Below, piece by piece: positions 40,972-52,033 of a DNA stretch of 64,000 bases. Position numbers and translations under genes: made by a program. The notes beneath the pieces were generated by a model. It saw nothing but the letters and a program-made list of their open reading frames with translations, made no database searches and was not told where the DNA came from. The stretch's first letter is position 1; every line of letters begins with the position of its first letter. Source of the stretch: a virus (lineage: Duplodnaviria > Heunggongvirae > Uroviricota > Caudoviricetes); IMG/VR virus record IMGVR_UViG_3300020048_006428, positions 119,178-183,177 of that record, one strand, 5' to 3'.

Positions 40972-43900
40972 ATGGCAACACCTATAATAACATCAATTAA
41001 TCCACTAATAGATAATCCAACATATCAAAACACAACAACATCAAATAAATTTTATAGTTCTAAACTATTAAATTATGTTGAACCAATAGAAATTGGTGGA
41101 TTTATAAAAACTGTATTTTATAGTGAATTAAATACAAATTTTAATATCAATGACAGAATATTCATAGTCAATGGTAATTATGATTCTAATGATTTTATTT
41201 TACAAAACAAATATACAAAATATACAGATGGATATAGAGTATTAGGTGTAGATGGATGTAGAATAATATTAGATATAGAATATTCTGCTACATTACCTTA
41301 TATTGAACCAGTTTTAGACAATTTAATAAAGGTATATCACATTCAAGACCAAAGAGAATTTGATTATATAAATTCAATAAAGGTTAATATAGAACCTATT
41401 AGTGTAACTAATAGTGTTAATACAATTGTTGGTGGTATAACATCAACAAGATCAATTTCCAAATTTAGTGGACAAACATACCAATTAACAGCAACATCAC
41501 CCCAATTTACAGCAGTATTATTTTCGGATAGTATAATCTATGTTGATGATGCTTTTAATAGTTCTGCACAACCACACAATTTAAATAGTGGTGTATTATC
41601 AAGTGGGTTTTATATAAGAAATGATTCTGCAATAACACCCCAATGGATAGATATAACAAGTCTTTTTTATTCAAATTATATGAAAGTGTATAATTCAAAT
41701 TATACTATTGATAATAATATTCATATAATAGGCGAAGATATAGATTCAAACACATATTTAAAACAAAGAACAACATATAAATATGTAAGCAACAATTGGG
41801 AAATTGATATAAAATATAAACAAGCATTAATATCTAAAAGTAATTTTAGATTTGGTAAATTTAAAGGAAAACACAATGATGGCATTTTTGGAACAAATAT
41901 TAGAAAAAACACTTGGAATTCAGCAACTTGGAATTCAGGTATTTTCTTAAATTCCAATTGGATTAATGGATTAATGAATTCTAAATCAATTTTAGGTGAT
42001 AAGTCTTATTATTCAAATTTAAAAATTTTAAGTGGAACAACATCTATTCCTGTTCAAACTATTGATTTTTCCAATAATAGAAGCTTTGGATATAACATAA
42101 TATTAGATTCTAATTTATATAAAGGAAACCTATTAAATGGAAATTTTGAAAATTGTAATGTTGGTTTATCATCATCATATTCAGCACTTGATATTTATTT
42201 TGGGCTAACACAAAGTTACGAAATGACAATAGGTGGTAAGTATAATTTATGTGATATAAATAGTGTAAATTCTGATAATTCAACTATAAACAATAGTGAA
42301 TTAGTAAATTCACTATTGATTAACTCTTCAATTGTAAATTCACAAGTTATTAATACAGTTTCCAATAAATCAAAATATTCAGACAATGATTCTATTAAAA
42401 TAATTGCTGCTGATTTATGGTCATATAACACAACAACATCATTAAATGATATTAGGGGTATATTAAAATTATATATTGACGATTCTAATATTACGAAATT
42501 TAATATTGGTGATGCTTTTTATTTAACAAAAATAAATAAGGAATATTATTTAAATTCTTTAACAAAGGATGAAAGAATATTACTACCATTTGAAACTAAA
42601 TATATCTTTGATAATTATTTTGATTACGAATTATCATCAAATAAGTTGATTGTTTCAATTAAAAGTAAAAATGATAATAAAGTAAAATCAATTGTTAAAA
42701 AGACAACAAATATAATATCACCAACTTACATAAATATTTTTTCTGATAATATCTATAATTATTCATCAATTGATATAGATTGCGCAGAATTTGGTTGGTA
42801 TGAAAGGACAACACAAGCGGTTACATCACTTGGTGGTGGTATAACAACGCCAAGTTTGGTATTATTTACACCAGTTTCATCATATGTTTTATATCCAGTT
42901 GATAGAGATAATGTAAATAAATTATTTACAAATATAGATATAAAAAATTCCGATTATAAATCAGGTTATTTCAACAATTCTACTTGGGTAAGTGGTGATA
43001 ATATTAACTATTTTAATAATAAAATTAATAAATTATTTTCAAATTTATACATAAGTTATATAAGCCAGACAACAATATCTATAAATTTAAATTTAACACA
43101 AATGAATCCAAATATACCTATATATGGTGAAGATTTATTTGTTGGTGATAAAATTTGGTTAAATTCAATTAGTTTATTTGATAGTAATTTTACTGAAAAG
43201 AAAATAGATGGTAGATATAATATAATATCTATTCAGAACAATTTAACCAATAGGGAAATATTCATACAAAGTGAACAAGGTTTAACTTTTTCACCTGGTA
43301 CTTTTTCTATTGTTGGTGCTGAATATTCTAACTATAATTCCATAAGTAAATTTTCAATAAATAACAGTAAAATAGAAAGTGGATTATTTAAAAGAACTAA
43401 TATTTTAAATAGCACATTTATAAATTCAGAATTTGATTCAACTGATAAAACACTAAAACTAAATAACATCAATAAATTAAGGATTATAAATTTAACATTT
43501 AAAGATACAAATAACACTATAAATTCAGGTTTGATTTATAAATCACATTTCATTAATGATATATGGAATAATGGAATTTTATTCAATTCTATTTGGAATG
43601 GTGGTATATTCAATAATGGAATTGTTAATAATTCATATTGGAAAAATGGAACATTTAATAATGGTAGTTTCATAGATTCTAAAGATATAACCACAACAAC
43701 ACAAACATATGATGATCAACCAAATTATAGAAATTGGGTTGATGGAACTTTTAATATGGGTGAATTTTATAATTCATCTTGGTCAAAAGGTATTTTTAAT
43801 AATGGTAGATTTCATAATTCAGATTGGTATTCAGGTACATGGAACAATGGTGTTTTAGGTAGTTCTACTTTACAATTTTCAGATACTAAATTTGGATATT

Positions 43901-46900
43901 ATTCACCTTTAACAATAAGCACATTTTCATCAATTTGGAATAACGGAATTGTTGACAACGCTTTAATTGGTGGATCAGGATCAGTATATTGGTTTAAAGG
44001 TAAGTTCAATAATGGTGAGATAACAAGCTTTGGGACAAATTCAAATAATGAAACTATTTGGTTGAATGGTGATTTCAATGGTGGTAAGTTTACTGATTTA
44101 GCAAGATGGCGAAATGGTAACTTCAACAAAGGTAAATTCTTATCACATTATGGTTATACTAATGTATCACCAACAAACCCATCAACACAATCATTTGATT
44201 ATGGTTGGGAAAATGGTAAATTTAATGGTGGTGAATTTGGAAATGCCAGTTTAGGAACAAATTCTGTTTGGTTTAATGGTGAATTTAATGGTGGTATATT
44301 CATTGGTAGATTTTGGAATAATGGTATTTTTTCAAAAGGTGATTTTATTGGAAGTGGAACATATAGTTTATACAGTTCAAATATATCAAGTATAAATGAG
44401 TATAATTATGTTAATTCTTATACAAATAGCTACTATGGATTATGGAACAATGGTTATGTAACTGATAACCCACAAAATATAAAGGTTGATGAAAGAGTTT
44501 ATACTGAACTTACAAGAAAATCAGAAGAAAAAACGATTGATGATAAAGCAACACTTAAAAATATGTTATGGTTAAACGGAACATTTAATCATAAAAATGC
44601 AGGTATACAAAATTCTATTTGGTTAGATGGTAATTTTTATGATGGTGATTTTGATTCAAGTATTTTCAATGCTTATGTTGATAGACAGTTTTTAGGATCA
44701 TATTCAAATTCATCATTTGCATCAACATCATCTTGTGTTTGGCATAATGGTAAATTCAACTCCACTTTTGGAACAGGTTCATTCTATATATCAGAATGGA
44801 AAAATGGAACATTTAATAAAGGATATATGTCTGGTGCAACTTGGAAAAATGGAGTTTGGAACTATGGAACTGCTGAAAATATTTATTGGGAAAATGGATT
44901 ATGGAGAAATGGTAATTGGAACGGAACACCATTTGATTATAGCTATTTAATTGATGATCCTATTTTTTATGGACTTAATATTGTTGATGAAGGTAGAACA
45001 AAGGATATATTAATGAATACCAGTTTATCTATTGGAACAACATCCCTACATTTATTAAATGTATTTAGTGCATCAATAATAAACGCTAATGTTTTGACAG
45101 ATGTTGCAATAACAAGTTTAAATACATCAACAAGCAGTTGGACATATTCACAAGAAATTTATCAACGAATAATAGGTTATACCCAATCTTTTATTAATGG
45201 ATTGCCTATTCCAGAAACTCAATTTGGAAATACTTCAATTTGGGCATATTCACCTACATTTTCTATAAATAATACACAATATGCTGCCAACACACATGTT
45301 TATACATTTGGTGGTGATCCTAATATACCACAATTTAGAACAAGCATAATTCCAGGATATAATTGGACACAATTTGATAATATACCCGAAAGTTCAGTAT
45401 TATTTGCTGAAGTAAATAATAATAATGATATAGATGTATTTACAAATTCTAATAGTAGTTATGAAATAAAATTGGAATTGACCGTTGAATTAACACCTGA
45501 AGTTTATATTATGTTTAAATTAGGTGATAGCACACCATTTACATTAACATTTTCTTCAACATTAGAAACAATTGGATTAACTTCAAACTATTGGCCAAAG
45601 CAATACAATCTAACATTTGTATATAATACACCAACTACATTTACTAATAATATAGAAAAGCAATTCTACATTAAAAAATTAGATGGTGGTATAATAAGAT
45701 TATTAAAGGGATCAATATCAGAAAAAGTATATATTTATAATAATCAATATAATAATACATTATATAGAGCTATACAAGGAAATGATATAAGATTCCCAAG
45801 TTTAACACCATTAGCATCGTCTGATAATGGTAGCAATGTAAGTGTATATTATGGAAATGGTGTATTCAGATCAGGTATATGGGAAAATGGTATATGGAAT
45901 AATGGATTGAGAAGTAATGCTTGGTTTAGCAGCAGAGAATACTATCGTTTTGAAAATATAATTGGTGTAAATGGTATATCACCAACCAATGATAAAAACA
46001 CATATCAAATAGATGATAAAACTTGGTTAGTTACACTAAAATCAATTGATCCATTATTAGGTTTAACAATTGGTGATAAAGTTTCTATTGGTAATTTAGT
46101 AGCAATAGATATTAATGAATCCAGAAAGTTAATAAAAGACTACTATACCATTGTAGAAATAGATGATGTAAACTCAACCATTGTTATAAAATTAGTTACT
46201 AATTTCCCAATTAGAAGAATTGAAAAAGATTCAAGTAATCATTTAATCTATATAACTAAAAATATATGGTTAAGCGGTGCTTTCTTAAATGGTTACTTTT
46301 CAGGGGTGTGGAATAATGGTTTATTTAAAGGTTCACCTTATATAACACTTATGACTTCCACACATTGGACAGATGGTAAATTTGATGGTGGTAGATTTGT
46401 TTCAAGGACAATAAATGATATACAGACTAACAGAACATATAATACTGGATTATTACAGAATTTAACATTTGCAGATAACCCATCAACATTATTAGGACAA
46501 CCAATTAAATATTTATCTTGGATGGATGTTAATTATGGCAGTTCATCAATGACAAATATTAATCAAGATACACTTGTATACACATCTGAAAATGCATTTA
46601 ATGCTTATACATATTCATATTATGAAAATATAAATAATATGTATGGTTATATTACAAATGATATATTGGAAAGTAAATCAACATTTAGATCAATTGACAC
46701 ATTAAATAAAACAGATTATAAATTGGGTATAAAATATACAACTTACGATAATTTAATCCCAAATAGTGGATTATTTAACACCCCATTTAGTAATAACACA
46801 AATGGTTTGAATATGGATAATTTCTATTTAAATAGCTGGATATATTCTGACATAACTAACAATATAGCAAATACTTATAGCTTAAACCCAACATATGAAT

Positions 46901-47661
46901 TGTATCTTGAACCATCTGATGGATTCAAATTTAATTCCAATATAAGTTTAAACACAAATAATAAATTTAGGCTATTTTCAGCTTCAAGTTCATCAGTTTA
47001 TGAATGGATTGCAGGTACATATAATCAAACAAAATCATTAAAAATCATTTTGAATAATGATAACATTGATACTATAAAAAATAGATATTATTTGGCTTAT
47101 TTAGATTTGGCTTCTTATAGTATAATACCTGGATCAGTTTCGGCAGCAAGTTCTTCATCAACTTATTCATATTTATCTATGAATAAATATGTAAATGAAT
47201 TAGAAACACCAAGTAATATAAAAACCCAATATTTTTACAATAAACAAAACTTAGAATTAACGATAGATTGTACATTACAATCAACATCAGTTGGTATTGC
47301 ACCAAGTTTAGCTAATCCAACTTTTTCATTATTTCCAAGCATTTTAAGTGAAAATGTTATTGATATATCATTTAATGAAATTTCATTCTATGAAGTTGAT
47401 ATGATACCATTCTTTAAATATTGGACACAATCAAATATAGATGAAAAAATAAAAGTGCCATATTTTGCAATAGCACCTTTTATTGATTATAGCAATTCTA
47501 ATTTTGACTTTATTGGCAATGTAAATGTTACAATTGATTCAGACAGTATATTAGGACAAAACATTAGTTCAACTGTTGTAAGCGCAAATGGTATAAATGG
47601 ATCAGTTGATTTAAATGATGGCACTATCGAAGGTACATCCCCTAATACTCAGGTTTCCTAA
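40972..47661 (+). CDS. Giant putative virion protein (2229 aa) with multiple W/F-x-N-G pentapeptide-repeat blocks
   Basis: Blocks such as IWNNGILFNSIWNGGIFNNGIVNNSYWKNGTFNNGSF; TTTAATATATA at 40937. Confidence 0.65.
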   Translation: MATPIITSINPLIDNPTYQNTTTSNKFYSSKLLNYVEPIEIGGFIKTVFYSELNTNFNINDRIFIVNGNYDSNDFILQNKYTKYTDGYRVLGVDGCRIILDIEYSATLPYIEPVLDNLIKVYHIQDQREFDYINSIKVNIEPISVTNSVNTIVGGITSTRSISKFSGQTYQLTATSPQFTAVLFSDSIIYVDDAFNSSAQPHNLNSGVLSSGFYIRNDSAITPQWIDITSLFYSNYMKVYNSNYTIDNNIHIIGEDIDSNTYLKQRTTYKYVSNNWEIDIKYKQALISKSNFRFGKFKGKHNDGIFGTNIRKNTWNSATWNSGIFLNSNWINGLMNSKSILGDKSYYSNLKILSGTTSIPVQTIDFSNNRSFGYNIILDSNLYKGNLLNGNFENCNVGLSSSYSALDIYFGLTQSYEMTIGGKYNLCDINSVNSDNSTINNSELVNSLLINSSIVNSQVINTVSNKSKYSDNDSIKIIAADLWSYNTTTSLNDIRGILKLYIDDSNITKFNIGDAFYLTKINKEYYLNSLTKDERILLPFETKYIFDNYFDYELSSNKLIVSIKSKNDNKVKSIVKKTTNIISPTYINIFSDNIYNYSSIDIDCAEFGWYERTTQAVTSLGGGITTPSLVLFTPVSSYVLYPVDRDNVNKLFTNIDIKNSDYKSGYFNNSTWVSGDNINYFNNKINKLFSNLYISYISQTTISINLNLTQMNPNIPIYGEDLFVGDKIWLNSISLFDSNFTEKKIDGRYNIISIQNNLTNREIFIQSEQGLTFSPGTFSIVGAEYSNYNSISKFSINNSKIESGLFKRTNILNSTFINSEFDSTDKTLKLNNINKLRIINLTFKDTNNTINSGLIYKSHFINDIWNNGILFNSIWNGGIFNNGIVNNSYWKNGTFNNGSFIDSKDITTTTQTYDDQPNYRNWVDGTFNMGEFYNSSWSKGIFNNGRFHNSDWYSGTWNNGVLGSSTLQFSDTKFGYYSPLTISTFSSIWNNGIVDNALIGGSGSVYWFKGKFNNGEITSFGTNSNNETIWLNGDFNGGKFTDLARWRNGNFNKGKFLSHYGYTNVSPTNPSTQSFDYGWENGKFNGGEFGNASLGTNSVWFNGEFNGGIFIGRFWNNGIFSKGDFIGSGTYSLYSSNISSINEYNYVNSYTNSYYGLWNNGYVTDNPQNIKVDERVYTELTRKSEEKTIDDKATLKNMLWLNGTFNHKNAGIQNSIWLDGNFYDGDFDSSIFNAYVDRQFLGSYSNSSFASTSSCVWHNGKFNSTFGTGSFYISEWKNGTFNKGYMSGATWKNGVWNYGTAENIYWENGLWRNGNWNGTPFDYSYLIDDPIFYGLNIVDEGRTKDILMNTSLSIGTTSLHLLNVFSASIINANVLTDVAITSLNTSTSSWTYSQEIYQRIIGYTQSFINGLPIPETQFGNTSIWAYSPTFSINNTQYAANTHVYTFGGDPNIPQFRTSIIPGYNWTQFDNIPESSVLFAEVNNNNDIDVFTNSNSSYEIKLELTVELTPEVYIMFKLGDSTPFTLTFSSTLETIGLTSNYWPKQYNLTFVYNTPTTFTNNIEKQFYIKKLDGGIIRLLKGSISEKVYIYNNQYNNTLYRAIQGNDIRFPSLTPLASSDNGSNVSVYYGNGVFRSGIWENGIWNNGLRSNAWFSSREYYRFENIIGVNGISPTNDKNTYQIDDKTWLVTLKSIDPLLGLTIGDKVSIGNLVAIDINESRKLIKDYYTIVEIDDVNSTIVIKLVTNFPIRRIEKDSSNHLIYITKNIWLSGAFLNGYFSGVWNNGLFKGSPYITLMTSTHWTDGKFDGGRFVSRTINDIQTNRTYNTGLLQNLTFADNPSTLLGQPIKYLSWMDVNYGSSSMTNINQDTLVYTSENAFNAYTYSYYENINNMYGYITNDILESKSTFRSIDTLNKTDYKLGIKYTTYDNLIPNSGLFNTPFSNNTNGLNMDNFYLNSWIYSDITNNIANTYSLNPTYELYLEPSDGFKFNSNISLNTNNKFRLFSASSSSVYEWIAGTYNQTKSLKIILNNDNIDTIKNRYYLAYLDLASYSIIPGSVSAASSSSTYSYLSMNKYVNELETPSNIKTQYFYNKQNLELTIDCTLQSTSVGIAPSLANPTFSLFPSILSENVIDISFNEISFYEVDMIPFFKYWTQSNIDEKIKVPYFAIAPFIDYSNSNFDFIGNVNVTIDSDSILGQNISSTVVSANGINGSVDLNDGTIEGTSPNTQVS

Positions 47662-48379
47662 TTAACCATAATACACCAACTTTACCAACTTCATATTTTG
47701 ACATATGACCCATAGAATTTATTTTATGGGTTTTTTGTTTTTTAGGTATTTTAATCTTTGATAATTTCTGTTTACCCAAAATCCTTTTTTCACCATTGCA
47801 TGTTTTACAAACACTTAACCCAACAACACCTTGCCCAACACAGTAATAACAATCATTACCTTTCCAATCTTTTCCCTTTCCTTCACACATATCACACCCA
47901 TCTTCACCATCAAATAGTTTCACTAGATTTCCATTTTCGTCTTTTATTTCTATTTTAGACTTAGTATCTTTTCCACTACCATTACAAACTTTACAAGATA
48001 CCCATCTTTCAAATTCAACAGTCCCATTAAATTTATCATCAATATAAACTAATATGTTTAACTGATTATCTTTTTTCCAATCTTCAAATTTACTTTCATC
48101 CCATCCTTTTGATAAATTATTAAATTCAAAGTTTAGATATTCTGATGATTCATCGTAATTTAATCCCCATTTACTTTTAATATCATATTCAACTCTTTTA
48201 TCTGATATTAAAATTTCATAAGCAGAACATATTTCCGTAAAAATATATTTAGCATCTTCATTTTTATTTAAATCAGGGTGATATTGTTTAGATAAACTAT
48301 AATAAGCTTTCTTTATTTCTTTATCAGTTGATGTTTTTTCTATACCTAAAATAAGGTAATAATTTTTCATTAAATCCAT
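47642..48379 (-). CDS. dnaJ: DnaJ chaperone (J domain + Zn finger, shortened C-terminal domain)
   Basis: NYYLILG...QYHPDLN; CKVCNGSG, CDMCEGKG, CYYCVGQG, CKTCNGE. Confidence 0.9.
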   Translation of the reverse strand: MDLMKNYYLILGIEKTSTDKEIKKAYYSLSKQYHPDLNKNEDAKYIFTEICSAYEILISDKRVEYDIKSKWGLNYDESSEYLNFEFNNLSKGWDESKFEDWKKDNQLNILVYIDDKFNGTVEFERWVSCKVCNGSGKDTKSKIEIKDENGNLVKLFDGEDGCDMCEGKGKDWKGNDCYYCVGQGVVGLSVCKTCNGEKRILGKQKLSKIKIPKKQKTHKINSMGHMSKYEVGKVGVLWLIRKPEY

Positions 48380-48687
48380 TATTCAATAATCTTATTTATT
48401 TTATATTCTCTAATGAAAGACAATTTATCAGAATCTGACATTTTAGAAAAATCTTCAAATGATAATATACCAAGTAGTTCTATTATAAACTCAAAATATT
48501 CTAATTTTTCAGAAGTTATAGTTTTTACATAGCTTGGTGCAATATTATTTGCTGTAATAGTATAACTACCATATGATGAAATTATATTATTATTTACATT
48601 GTTCGTGCTCACAAGATTTATGTTTACATTTATATCCCGCCCAAATAGCAGGTAATAGACAACAAAATATATGATATTTAAAACCAT
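48379..48687 (-). CDS. Small hypothetical protein with C-terminal REYKINKII motif
   Basis: ORF; the start is uncertain because the 5' 98 bp overlap the upstream ORF. Confidence 0.5.
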   Translation of the reverse strand: MVLNIIYFVVYYLLFGRDINVNINLVSTNNVNNNIISSYGSYTITANNIAPSYVKTITSEKLEYFEFIIELLGILSFEDFSKMSDSDKLSFIREYKINKIIE

Positions 48688-48838
48688 ACACTATTATCAA
48701 TCCAATCCATCCAAATTCTAAATTATGTAGGTCAATATTAAAAAATTTATGTAATAAAAATTCTATGAACCATATCACAATAAATCCAATTATAAAGAAA
48801 AACAAAAATCTAAGAATAGTTTTTTTATTTTTAATCAT
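48590..48838 (-). CDS. Small membrane protein with Cys/His-rich tail
   Basis: Two hydrophobic segments, then KCKHKSCEHEQCK. Confidence 0.55.
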   Translation of the reverse strand: MIKNKKTILRFLFFFIIGFIVIWFIEFLLHKFFNIDLHNLEFGWIGLIIVYGFKYHIFCCLLPAIWAGYKCKHKSCEHEQCK

Positions 48839-49040
48839 TTAAAATATCATTTATTTTTTTATTTCTAATTTTAGAAATTAAATCATCAATATCAGTATTA
48901 TATTCAATACCACATTCTGAACACAATTGCCTTTCAATATCCCTCAAAAATACAACCAGTAAATAATCTTGCTTTTCAATAGCTAAATCTTTGGCTATTC
49001 TATTTTTTTGAATTTCTTTTAATATTTCAATATCATTCAT
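48831..49040 (-). CDS. Small UVR-like protein with C-terminal RNKKINDIL motif
   Basis: AKDLAIEKQDYLLVVFLRDIERQL resembles the ClpC/UvrB UVR motif. Confidence 0.5.
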   Translation of the reverse strand: MNDIEILKEIQKNRIAKDLAIEKQDYLLVVFLRDIERQLCSECGIEYNTDIDDLISKIRNKKINDILND

Positions 49041-50725
49041 TATTTAACTTCTATTATTTCTGAAAATACATTTTTTTCTATTCTAATTATCCTATCAAAC
49101 AATTCTTCATTCATTAAAGCGTGATGGACAACAAATATATTTATTTTATAATCATTTGCAAATGACTTTAATAAATTTAATATTTTTTCTATATTTTCTA
49201 TATCAATTGAAGAAAATACTTCATCTAAAAATAATATATTTACTGTTTTCTTTGTTCTTATCAATTTTAAATAAGAAACCAATATTGATATATTAATTAA
49301 TTTACTTTCACCAGTTGAAAGTGAATCTTGTTCAATAGGAACACCAAATTGCTTTATATTCGCAGTAAATGTTTCATCCAAATCAACTTGAAATGGTAAA
49401 CCCATTTTAGATATGTTATCATTCAAAAAGTAATTTATTGGCTTTATAATACCAGAGATTATACTTTTTTTAACACCATCTTCACCAAATATTTTAGACA
49501 ATTCTTTATAATAAGATTCCTTTTCTTTACAAGTATTTTGGTTTTCTCTACTATTTTCTTTTTTATTATCTAATTCAACAATTGTCTTTTCAAACTCACT
49601 AATATTAGTATTTACATTTTCAGTTACCTTTTTATTATTTAATTTATCTATTTGAGATTTATAATTTTTCAACAAATATGTCAAATCAGTAAAAGCTTTG
49701 TTTACATTATCAGATATCGTTTGTAACTTACTTTGTTTTTCCCTTATTGACTTTATATTGTTATCAATTTCATTCTTAATTAATTCAATTGTTCTTTTCT
49801 TTTCTAACAAAACATCCTTAAGGTTTTGAAAATGATCATTGTCAAAATCAGTTCTACAAGTGGGGCATTTACCAGAATCATATAAGTCAATATCTTTCTG
49901 TGCTGATCTAATTTCATTAGATATATTAATAGATTGTTCTCGTTCTTTATCCAATTCATTTTTAAGTTCATATTCTTTATTTTTTACCTTTTCAACTTTA
50001 TCTTTTAAAGTCTGATAATCATCTTTCTTAGAATCCATCATCTTTTTAATTTCATCTATTTCATCTTGAATATTTTCCTTTTCCTTTTCAACTGCATTAT
50101 TTATGCTTCTTTTAATAGATTGTATAGAATCATCCAATGTAGATATTTCAGAATCATATTTTATTAATTGTTGCTTATTGTTTTTATTTAAATCTTTTAA
50201 TATCTGATTCAATACATTTATTACTTCTAAATTAAATAGTTTATCTAAAAGAATCTGTTTTTCATCATTACTTAATGACATAAAATTTTTAAAATCATTT
50301 ATACTCAATGATATAAATGATTTAAATGTTTCAATATCCATTCCGACATATTTTTCTATCTTTTCATCTAAATTTGCCTTACCTGCTTTTTCATTTACTA
50401 CACCATTTTCAACCAACTTCAAAACATTTGGTGATATACCCCTAACAATTTCAATATCATCAGATGCTGCTTTAAATTTTATAGAAACTAACATATCACT
50501 ACCATTTATTCTATTTGGTAATGTTGATAATGTAGCCCATTTCTTTTTAGTACCTTTACATTTACCATATAAAGAAAAGTCAGTAGCAGCAAGGAATGTA
50601 GACTTTCCAACACCATTTGATCCCATCAATAGTATTAATTCACCAACATCTTCTTTTAAAATCAATGATTGTTCAGTATTTCCAAATGATTTAAAATTCT
50701 TAATTTTTATTTCTTTTATTATCAT
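49040..50725 (-). CDS. SMC-like recombination ATPase (T4 gp46 / SbcC / Rad50 family)
   Basis: NFKSFGN, GSNGVGKST, central CPTC zinc hook within a coiled coil, LSTGE signature, FLDEVFS. Confidence 0.93.
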   Translation of the reverse strand: MIIKEIKIKNFKSFGNTEQSLILKEDVGELILLMGSNGVGKSTFLAATDFSLYGKCKGTKKKWATLSTLPNRINGSDMLVSIKFKAASDDIEIVRGISPNVLKLVENGVVNEKAGKANLDEKIEKYVGMDIETFKSFISLSINDFKNFMSLSNDEKQILLDKLFNLEVINVLNQILKDLNKNNKQQLIKYDSEISTLDDSIQSIKRSINNAVEKEKENIQDEIDEIKKMMDSKKDDYQTLKDKVEKVKNKEYELKNELDKEREQSINISNEIRSAQKDIDLYDSGKCPTCRTDFDNDHFQNLKDVLLEKKRTIELIKNEIDNNIKSIREKQSKLQTISDNVNKAFTDLTYLLKNYKSQIDKLNNKKVTENVNTNISEFEKTIVELDNKKENSRENQNTCKEKESYYKELSKIFGEDGVKKSIISGIIKPINYFLNDNISKMGLPFQVDLDETFTANIKQFGVPIEQDSLSTGESKLINISILVSYLKLIRTKKTVNILFLDEVFSSIDIENIEKILNLLKSFANDYKINIFVVHHALMNEELFDRIIRIEKNVFSEIIEVK

Positions 50726-51207
50726 ATATTATCTATTAAATAGTTTAAATTATCTTCCCTTACCAATTTATATGTTATTCCAATATCATCAATAATATTA
50801 TTAAATTCTTCTTTAGTTTTTAAAGTAAGTTTTTCTTTAACAATTGATTCCAATTCATTAAAAATATCAGAATCTTTGTAGTGAATTCTAAAACCATAGT
50901 TTCTTCTAATAGAAAAACCTATTTGATCTATTGATATTTCAATATAATCTTCTTTGTGTGAATTACCCAAATTACCATTTATATTAATATCTTTTTCATA
51001 GATGTTTACATTTAAATTTAATTTAAATAAGTTTAAAACAAATTTTTTAAATTTTTTAGATATTTCTTCATCATATTCAATATGTTCATAACTAGTACGA
51101 TTAACTAATTTTTCTTCACTTTCAGCATATTTGTTTTTTCTAGCAGAAAATGATTTTGAATATTCATATATATACTTAGATATTTTTTTGAGTTTTTTCT
51201 TTTTCAT
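50722..51207 (-). CDS. Hypothetical protein
   Basis: 161-aa ORF ending LVREDNLNYLIDNI. Confidence 0.6.
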   Translation of the reverse strand: MKKKKLKKISKYIYEYSKSFSARKNKYAESEEKLVNRTSYEHIEYDEEISKKFKKFVLNLFKLNLNVNIYEKDININGNLGNSHKEDYIEISIDQIGFSIRRNYGFRIHYKDSDIFNELESIVKEKLTLKTKEEFNNIIDDIGITYKLVREDNLNYLIDNI

Positions 51208-51236
51208 ATCAATATATTTTTCTTATTATAAAAAAA

Positions 51237-51932
51237 TTAAGAATAAAGTTTTTGTAAATATTTATATAAGATATAACTATCATTTACATCTTCATATGGC
51301 TTTTTAATTGTAGTATTAGCAAGCAATTCATTTTTAATTAGCTTACAATGTTTGGACCAATCATCATCCCAACTTTCATTTTCAACAATTGATAGGAATA
51401 TTTCTCTTTTCGTAAAACTACCACCGGATATACCAAAATTATTTTTCCATTCCAATTTAGGTTTCTTTTTACCAACATCAACCGGTTTATATGTTAACAT
51501 ACAAGATTCTAGCTTCAATGTTGATGGACTTAATATGATTATATCTTTAGTTATATAATCATATATTTTTTTTCTTAATAAAGTTGAAAATGCTACTAAA
51601 TCCAATAACATCCCAACAGTGGCACCAAAATTAAATCCTTCTGCTGCTAACTTAATTGGTAAACTTTTATTAATGTTTTTTTCAATATCTTCAATTATCA
51701 TATCAGTTACCATATCATAATCTTTTAATTTAATTAATTCACCATCAGAATAATTATCAAAATTTCTATAATTTATAAATCTTAATTCCATTTCATCTTC
51801 ACATAATTTAAACCATTTACTTAAACCCCCTTTAGATAAAGTTGCATCAGATTCTCTACAATAATTAAACACTTTTCCATTAACAACCATTCCAGTTGAA
51901 ATTAAAGATGGATCTATTCCTATAAAATTCAT
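51237..51932 (-). CDS. RuvC-like (RNase H fold) Holliday-junction resolvase
   Basis: MNFIGIDPSLISTG, LAAEGFNFG and C-terminal DVNDSYIL give the acidic tetrad pattern. Confidence 0.7.
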   Translation of the reverse strand: MNFIGIDPSLISTGMVVNGKVFNYCRESDATLSKGGLSKWFKLCEDEMELRFINYRNFDNYSDGELIKLKDYDMVTDMIIEDIEKNINKSLPIKLAAEGFNFGATVGMLLDLVAFSTLLRKKIYDYITKDIIILSPSTLKLESCMLTYKPVDVGKKKPKLEWKNNFGISGGSFTKREIFLSIVENESWDDDWSKHCKLIKNELLANTTIKKPYEDVNDSYILYKYLQKLYS

Positions 51933-51981
51933 AATATAAATATTTTATTTTTATTTATAAAATATTACTACTTACATCAAC

Positions 51982-52033
51982 TATCTGAAATAAAAAACTC
52001 ACCATTATTTGGTGAGTTTTTTTTATTTCAGAT
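51982..52033. terminator. Terminator hairpin with extended arms
   Basis: TATCTGAAATAAAAAACTCACCA-TTATT-TGGTGAGTTTTTTTTATTTCAGATA; overlaps the stop at 52023. Confidence 0.75.
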
